Source of the DNA: an uncultured virus (IMG/VR IMGVR_UViG_3300042391_000264)
Taxonomy: Duplodnaviria > Heunggongvirae > Uroviricota > Caudoviricetes
DNA: 20,000 nt
Virus record (IMG/VR): IMGVR_UViG_3300042391_000264
Reading direction: 5' to 3' (one strand)
Shown here: in pieces, positions 15,128 to 20,000 of the stretch
Numbering within the stretch: the first letter of the stretch is position 1
Layout: each line of letters opens with the position of its first letter
Notes under the pieces: generated by a model
Told to the model about the DNA's origin: nothing
The model's input: only the letters and a program-made list of their open reading frames with translations
Database searches by the model: none
Translations under genes and position numbers: made by a program

Positions 15128-15799
15128 ATGTCGAAGTCAATCTCTGCGGCTGTTGCTGCTGTCGTGTCCGCTGATGCGGTCGATATGTTTCAAGGTGAAC
15201 CTGTGAATTCCTCACTGGTTGAAACGCTTGAACAGTTGGGGCGTGAATACTGGGCGGCTGAAGATGCCCGCTCGGTGGCTGAAAAGTCACTCGCTAAGTG
15301 TGACGTCTCGCTGTTCGATCATGTGAAGGGTTTGAAATACCCTGATTTTATGTTCGTTCGGAAACTGTTCGTTACTGGTTGCCGTGACAAGGGTGCGCCT
15401 ACTGATGACGCGGCGGGCAAAGTCTGGGAGCGTGCGGTTGGTCGCATTGTCAACTCTTGCGGTTTCATTCGGCCTAAGTCTGAATCCAAAGACGCTGAGC
15501 GCATTGCGGCAAAGCGGGCGGAAGAGATCAAGAAGTTCGAGACAAAATCGACTGGCGAATTGATCGAAGAGAAGCAAGCCATGCTGGCCAAAGGCGATGT
15601 CAAATCAATCAAGGCGGCGCAAGCTGTGGCCAAAGAAATCGAGCGGCGCGAAAAGCCCGCTTTGGAAGCTGTGGTCAAGGACTGTGCGGCTCTGCGTGAC
15701 AAGTTAATTGCCCGTGCTAAAGAAGTGGCAAAGCTTGGAACCGATGATTCGGTCGAGTTGTTGATCGCTGCGCTGTCTGCTTTGTCAGTCGAAGCGTAA
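15128..15799 (+). CDS. Hypothetical early protein, helical (223 aa)
   Basis: Start moved to ATG 15128 (GGAG SD); Ala/Lys/Glu-rich coiled-coil C-terminus. Confidence 0.85.
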   Translation: MSKSISAAVAAVVSADAVDMFQGEPVNSSLVETLEQLGREYWAAEDARSVAEKSLAKCDVSLFDHVKGLKYPDFMFVRKLFVTGCRDKGAPTDDAAGKVWERAVGRIVNSCGFIRPKSESKDAERIAAKRAEEIKKFETKSTGELIEEKQAMLAKGDVKSIKAAQAVAKEIERREKPALEAVVKDCAALRDKLIARAKEVAKLGTDDSVELLIAALSALSVEA

Positions 15800-15812
15800 T
15801 CGGGGCGGGCAT

Positions 15813-16004
15813 ATGCGTGATATCCATGCTGTGCCCGCCTACGGGCGGGATTACAAATCTGCGTCTGCTGTTAAGGCGGACTGGCTAGCGGGGAAAGATT
15901 TCCGCTGTGCTTTTACCGGTCGCTACTTAAGCGTTCGGGATGGTGTGCTTTCCGAAGTCTGGGTTCGCTATGCGAAGCTGGCTAAGTTAGTGCGTGTCAG
16001 TTAA
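15813..16004 (+). CDS. Small conserved phage protein with a 'PAYGRDYKS' motif (63 aa)
   Basis: PAYGRDYKSASAVKADWLAGKDF, recalled from small early phage proteins; followed by a terminator. Confidence 0.75.
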   Translation: MRDIHAVPAYGRDYKSASAVKADWLAGKDFRCAFTGRYLSVRDGVLSEVWVRYAKLAKLVRVS

Positions 16005-16010
16005 TCTCCT

Positions 16011-16050
16011 TCGGCCTCGTTCGCTTCGGCGTTCGGGGCCGGTTTTTTTT
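16011..16050 (+). terminator. Intrinsic terminator
   Basis: CGGCCTCG...CGC-TTCG-GCG...CGGGGCCG followed by a run of 8 T, just after the stop at 16004. A second similar hairpin GGCCTCGAA-TCT-TTCGGGGCT follows at 16051-16071. Confidence 0.85.
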
Positions 16051-16075
16051 GGCCTCGAATCTTTCGGGGCTGGCT

Positions 16076-16236
16076 CGATAGTAGTTATTGTAGCGAGCAT
16101 CGGGGTAGTTTTATTCTGTATAGCCCGCATAGGATGGTAGCGAGCATCGGGATAGTCCTGCTCTTGCGCGGCGGGCAGGGTACGGTAGCGCCCGCTATGT
16201 TCTTTACGATAGTAGTTACAGGGAGCATCGGGGTAG
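16076..16236. repeat. Iteron-like direct repeats
   Basis: GAGCATCGGG at 16095, 16142 and 16223; GTAGCGAGCATCGGG(G/A)TAGT at 16090-16109 and 16137-16156; CGATAGTAGTTA at 16076 and 16207. Confidence 0.75.
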
Positions 16237-16539
16237 GGTTCGGACAAAGCGACATAGAGTCGGATTGTCGCCCTTATAGTTTTTAGTTATGACTTGGGGC
16301 TCGGTCATAAGCAAAGAGTCTCACAAAGTGCGGGCATCGCTTAAAAAACAGGCAAAAAAGGCCCTTCTTATATCAAAGCCCGCAACGGGCGCAGCTACCT
16401 CGCGAGCATTCGTGCGGGCTTGCCGCTAGTTACGCACCAACACCCCACCATAGTTTTATAAACCTCGGACCTCGATTTTGGCCCAATGCTATAAAAGTGC
16501 CATTTCGTTCTTTATAGAAAGTAAACGGCAACTTTCCCC

Positions 16540-16552
16540 TAACTCGTTGATT
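16540..16552 (-). promoter_or_regulatory. IHF-binding consensus
   Basis: Minus strand AATCAACGAGTTA is an exact match to WATCAANNNNTTR, at the edge of an AT-rich tract. Confidence 0.5.
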
Positions 16553-16600
16553 TTGCAGAGGTTTCCTTCATTTTTTCTCTCTTACTTACTTACTATTATA

Positions 16601-16760
16601 AATAATATTTTATAAGAGTGCTTAAACTGTTTACCTGAGTGAGAGGGTACCCCAACTAAAAATCTAAACATAGAAAAAGATGAGAATAGGATGATTTCAC
16701 AATTTCTCTTTTTCCTTCTCTCCCTATCCCACCGTATGAGCACTCTTATAAAATATTATT
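16601..16760. repeat. 22-bp perfect inverted repeat with a 116-nt spacer
   Basis: AATAATATTTTATAAGAGTGCT (16601-16622) and AGCACTCTTATAAAATATTATT (16739-16760); extends to 27 bp with one mismatch. Confidence 0.9.
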
Positions 16761-16780
16761 AATAAAACCCTCAAAAAAGC

Positions 16781-16816
16781 TGACAGGTATTGTCAAATGC
16801 CCTACTTTGATATACT
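16781..16816 (+). promoter_or_regulatory. Promoter candidate with an overlapping TGACA-N5-TGTCA palindrome
   Basis: Extended -10 TG-A-TATACT (16808-16816); TTGTCA at 16790-16795; palindrome at 16781-16795. Confidence 0.55.
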
Positions 16817-16867
16817 ATGTCGATGGCTTTTATTAATAGCCCGAGTTTTCAACCCAAGGAGAAAATC

Positions 16868-17647
16868 ATGCCCAAACCCAACGGTCGCCCCCAAAAGTAC
16901 AAGACCGCCGACGATCTGTTCCACAACTGTGCCCGCCACGATGACTGCTACATCTGGCCTGACAAGGTCACGATGACCATGCCCATGCTCGCACCTGCCT
17001 CACCGCTGTCTAAATTGTTTGGCACAACCAGCGTTGCCCGCATCCTATTCACTGTCTGTAGGTTCCCACCTGCCAGCACACGGGTAGTGCGTTGGTGCAA
17101 CACACGGTTCTGCGTCAATCCATACCATCACACCGAAGCGGGCGCGTATGTGAAAGAGCGTCGAGCATCGGATTCGCCCACTGCGCTGTTACCAAGTCAG
17201 ACGGAAAGCCGACATCTGGTTGCACCACCGGACGAAGTGTTGGAGACTTTGAAACCAACCGACCCCGTCATCCTGCGTCATCTGGCAGAGACAGCAGCGC
17301 GGGCAGGGTTCGACTGTAAGGGTATACCCGACCATCGCCATACCAACGCGTTCAAGCCAAAACACATGATCAACGCCGAGACGATTTACGCCGACCCGAC
17401 TGTCCCTGTGCTGGTGATGCGAAGCATGACGCCCACGCGAGACACCGAGCCCGCCGAGCCCGATGAGTTTTCGTTTGACGATATCGAGGCCAAGCTGGAC
17501 GACATGGTTGCCAAAACGCCTGTCCAAAAGTCGAAAAAGGTTGAAGTGCAGCAAGTGGACTCTGATGACACAAGTATCTTTGCGGCTATCAGGCGCAGGG
17601 AAGAGTGGCTGCGGGCACAGCATCGAAAGACCGAACACGAGGGTTGA
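16868..17647 (+). CDS. Protein with a degenerate HNH/His-Me zinc-binding domain (259 aa)
   Basis: Start moved to ATG 16868 (AAGGAG SD). DCYIWP...VAR...VVRWCNTRFCVNPYH corresponds to the HNH_3-type CW.W...HR...H.C.N..CVNP.H. Confidence 0.7.
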   Translation: MPKPNGRPQKYKTADDLFHNCARHDDCYIWPDKVTMTMPMLAPASPLSKLFGTTSVARILFTVCRFPPASTRVVRWCNTRFCVNPYHHTEAGAYVKERRASDSPTALLPSQTESRHLVAPPDEVLETLKPTDPVILRHLAETAARAGFDCKGIPDHRHTNAFKPKHMINAETIYADPTVPVLVMRSMTPTRDTEPAEPDEFSFDDIEAKLDDMVAKTPVQKSKKVEVQQVDSDDTSIFAAIRRREEWLRAQHRKTEHEG

Positions 17648-17659
17648 AACGCGAACAGC

Positions 17660-17691
17660 TACTTGACATTGTCAAGTATGTGTGGTACAAT
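17660..17691 (+). promoter_or_regulatory. Near-consensus sigma70 promoter with an operator-like palindrome over the -35
   Basis: TTGACA (17663-17668), 17-nt spacer, TACAAT (17686-17691) with TG extension; palindrome TACTTGACA-T-TGTCAAGTA (17660-17678). Confidence 0.85.
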
Positions 17692-17795
17692 GTACTCTAG
17701 GTACATTGATAAGACAGACAGTAATATCTCTGTATCTAGCGGCAACAGACATTCCGTCATGTTGTCTGTTTGTTCAACCTTTATTGGAGTAATGT

Positions 17796-18011
17796 ATGAC
17801 ACAAGATGATCTCGATGTTCACCACAAGAGTGTGTGCGACGCAGTGCAGCTATGGGCAGATGGCCTTATTACCGACCTTGAGTTCTCCGTGCTCATGGCC
17901 GAAGACCGCAAAGCCTTGCCCGCCGATGCAAACCCTGCGGGCTTGATTGACCCCAACACGGGTCTGCTCTATCCAACCAAGCGAGGAGCACCAAATGTTT
18001 ACCAATACTGA
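17796..18011 (+). CDS. Hypothetical early protein (71 aa)
   Basis: GGAG SD; first gene after the strong promoter. Confidence 0.75.
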   Translation: MTQDDLDVHHKSVCDAVQLWADGLITDLEFSVLMAEDRKALPADANPAGLIDPNTGLLYPTKRGAPNVYQY

Positions 18012-18090
18012 ACGCCTTGTCCGTGTGACTGTGATGGTGATTGCAGTCATCGTTGTGCTTCTTGACCTATTCGTATGGAGGCCACAATGA
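17995..18090 (+). CDS. 31-aa single-pass membrane microprotein
   Basis: Not in the ORF track: MFTNTERLVRVTVMVIAVIVVLLDLFVWRPQ*. GAGGAG SD; ATGA overlap with the next gene. Confidence 0.8.
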   Translation: MFTNTERLVRVTVMVIAVIVVLLDLFVWRPQ

Positions 18091-18365
18091 GTAGCAAGTG
18101 GAGACACCTTGACAGCCAACTGGTAGCTGCCTTGATAACTTTCATGGCAGCACGGGAGACTGTAGCCGAGTATCCACCGCACCGTGAAGACTGGATTGAC
18201 TCCATGATGTACAGCTTGCTCTTTGGTACACCCGAGGAAATCTACCGCACGCAAGTCGCTGCCACGAAAGAGGCTGAGGAAGCGGGTCGTCCGTTCACGC
18301 CTGTGTTCTGGACGGCAACCGAGTTCGGCGCTGAACCTGTGCTTACTCTTTGGAGAATCAAATGA
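18087..18365 (+). CDS. Hypothetical early protein (92 aa)
   Basis: Start moved to ATG 18087 (GGAGG SD); ATGA coupling at both ends. Confidence 0.75.
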   Translation: MSSKWRHLDSQLVAALITFMAARETVAEYPPHREDWIDSMMYSLLFGTPEEIYRTQVAATKEAEEAGRPFTPVFWTATEFGAEPVLTLWRIK

Positions 18366-18622
18366 GATACCTAGCTAGAGAATACGATGTCGATGACAGC
18401 ACGGACTTCCGTGACTGTGGGTTGTGCGGAGACGATGTTCACATCACCCGTTGGCGACTCGGCTATCACACATGCCACACCTGTGGCGACAAGATTGCGA
18501 CTGATGCCCGCCGTGTGTGGTGCGTCGTGCAAGAGTACGGGAAAGGGCCGTATCAGTTAGTGACCCAAGCGTCTGCACCAAGGACTCTGAAAGACACTAA
18601 TCAAAAGTCCCCTCGATCATGA
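18362..18622 (+). CDS. C4 zinc-finger protein, DksA/TraR-like finger spacing (86 aa)
   Basis: CGLCGDDVHITRWRLGYHTCHTC; GGAG SD; ATGA overlap. Confidence 0.75.
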   Translation: MRYLAREYDVDDSTDFRDCGLCGDDVHITRWRLGYHTCHTCGDKIATDARRVWCVVQEYGKGPYQLVTQASAPRTLKDTNQKSPRS

Positions 18623-18647
18623 CAAACCGACATGGTGTCGGATTGTT
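18622..18647. promoter_or_regulatory. Palindromic element, copy 1
   Basis: ACAAACCGACA-TGG-TGTCGGATTGT(T) between a stop codon and the SD of the AAA gene. Confidence 0.65.
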
Positions 18648-18674
18648 CTACCTGTTTTATTAAGGAAAATCTAA

Positions 18675-19754
18675 ATGGCTAACGAAATGAATCTATCACG
18701 CCGCGTCAATTTCGCGGAGACTGTTGACATACTGCTCAACTCTGGACACAACTCAGTACATCTAACGGGCGAGCCGGGCGTTGGGAAAACTGCGATCCAA
18801 GACGTAATTGTCGCTAAGACAGGTTACAGGAAGGTGTATATCGACGGGCCTAATACTGACGTGGGTCAGGCGGGCATGCCGATACCCAACCACACCTCGC
18901 GGACGCTGGACTTCTATCCTGCTGATTACTTCGGGCTGCACACTAACGAGCCGCTATGCATCATGATTGATGAGTGGACTAAGACCGATGACTATGTGCG
19001 GAACACGCTGCACCCACTGCTGCACGAGCGGCGCTTGGGTAACTTCGCCGTGCACACTGACTCGATCATCTTCACCACTGGCAACATGGATGCCGATGGT
19101 GTCGGTGACTCGGCCAAGGCGCACACACGCAACAGACAAACATGGATGACTTACATGAAACCCACTGCTAAAGAATGGTGTGTTTGGGCAAACAACAACG
19201 GCGTACAGCCAGAGGTTATTGCTTGGGTACACGAGTACGAACATTGCATGCTCTCCTACATGGATGGCGGGCAGGACAAGAATCCGTACATCTTCAACCC
19301 GAAGGACGCGTCGCAGCTTGCGTTTGTATCACCACGCTCGATGTTCAAAGCATCGCACTGGGTGGCCAAGCGGGCATCGCTTACCGATAACGCGTTCATT
19401 GGTTGTCTCGATGGGACTATCGGGTTTGCGGCATCGCGTGATCTTCAGGCGTTCATCCAACTGGCAGATCAACTGCCAACGCGTGAGGCCATTGAGACTT
19501 CGCCCGATACGGCGCTTGTGCCCACATCACCTGCTGCTCAGTGCATCTTGATGTTCAAGGCAACTGCTGCTGTAACGCGGGAGAACTTCGCCACTTGGAT
19601 GCGGTATGTACGCCGTATGCCCAAAGAGACTCAGGCGGTGTTCATCAACTCCTTGTTGGAACTCAAGGATAAGAAAGCATGGGCGATGGTGCACCCATCG
19701 TTCGTCACATGGGCTCGCGAGAACCAGTATATGTTTGCTGGCCTCAAGGGATAA
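18675..19754 (+). CDS. MoxR/AAA_5-like AAA+ ATPase (359 aa)
   Basis: Walker A GEPGVGKT, Walker B IMIDE, sensor-1 TGN, arginine finger RNR, sensor-2 SPRS; AAGGA SD. Confidence 0.9.
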   Translation: MANEMNLSRRVNFAETVDILLNSGHNSVHLTGEPGVGKTAIQDVIVAKTGYRKVYIDGPNTDVGQAGMPIPNHTSRTLDFYPADYFGLHTNEPLCIMIDEWTKTDDYVRNTLHPLLHERRLGNFAVHTDSIIFTTGNMDADGVGDSAKAHTRNRQTWMTYMKPTAKEWCVWANNNGVQPEVIAWVHEYEHCMLSYMDGGQDKNPYIFNPKDASQLAFVSPRSMFKASHWVAKRASLTDNAFIGCLDGTIGFAASRDLQAFIQLADQLPTREAIETSPDTALVPTSPAAQCILMFKATAAVTRENFATWMRYVRRMPKETQAVFINSLLELKDKKAWAMVHPSFVTWARENQYMFAGLKG

Positions 19755-19776
19755 ACCGACAAGTTGTCGGATTGTT
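19753..19776. promoter_or_regulatory. Palindromic element, copy 2
   Basis: AAACCGACA-AGT-TGTCGGATTGTT; arms identical to copy 1. Confidence 0.65.
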
Positions 19777-19798
19777 TGTATTAACCAAGGAAATCGAA

Positions 19799-20000
19799 AT
19801 GTCTAAACGACCATTTGTAACGCAGTATTTCACCGAGCCCGATTCGTCTGGCAAACGCCCCGCATCAATGGGCTACGCCGCATCCGTTCAAGGTGCAAGG
19901 CGCAACATGGCTGTCCGTATCGTGATGGGCCAGTATGGGTTGGCAGTCGTCATCGACCGCGACACCCGAGGCGTCATGGGCATCATGCGCCGCACCAAGA
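19799..20000 (+). CDS. Hypothetical protein (partial, runs off the window end)
   Basis: AAGGA SD; open frame MSKRPFVTQYFTEPDSSGKRPASMGYAASVQGARRNMAVRIVMGQYGLAVVIDRDTRGVMGIMRRTK... Confidence 0.7.
   Translation, partial: MSKRPFVTQYFTEPDSSGKRPASMGYAASVQGARRNMAVRIVMGQYGLAVVIDRDTRGVMGIMRRTK

Noticed and set aside
14749..15174. Short ORFs 14749-14967 (-) and 14974-15174 (+)
   Set aside because: No SD and no recognisable motifs; they overlap promoter and repeat elements.
16076..16236. Repeats considered as a mini-CRISPR
   Set aside because: Only three short degenerate copies with unequal periods (47 and 81 nt); they fit iterons better.
15987..16247. 86-aa minus-strand ORF
   Set aside because: It crosses a terminator and the repeats (YPDA recurs because of the DNA repeat) and runs against the local gene direction.
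1..20000. tRNA genes, integrase/att sites, introns or inteins, stop-codon reassignment
   Set aside because: No cloverleaf or integrase was seen. terL, portal and capsid are uninterrupted and of plausible length, and the genes tile cleanly under the standard code.

Overview
This window is a segment of a tailed dsDNA bacteriophage genome with a podovirus-like head module. From recall it resembles uncultured freshwater phages of Proteobacteria; the host is inferred, not shown. The minus strand (14.6 kb to 1) is one tightly packed late operon. In order: putative small terminase, large terminase, P22-like portal, small ORF, GroES co-chaperonin, scaffold, conserved hypothetical, head cement/decoration protein, Mu gpT-like major capsid, two more virion proteins, a cluster of small basic proteins, a Zn-finger protein and two adaptor-like proteins. 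The plus strand (15.1 kb to end) is a divergent early region: small hypothetical genes, a degenerate HNH protein, a C4 Zn finger and a MoxR-like AAA+ ATPase, interrupted by an origin-like non-coding stretch of about 860 bp. The most unusual items are: (1) five tandem genes, plus one outlier, with unrelated N-termini but a shared C-terminal tag '(M)AxGG...RxDGxAxKGKTxGxM'; (2) a promoter-driven, potentially doubly pseudoknotted RNA leader just after the capsid terminator; (3) a family of GACA/TGTC palindromes before the early genes; (4) an origin-like region with iteron-like repeats, an IHF consensus and a 22-bp perfect inverted repeat. All family names come from motif recognition by eye, not from database searches.
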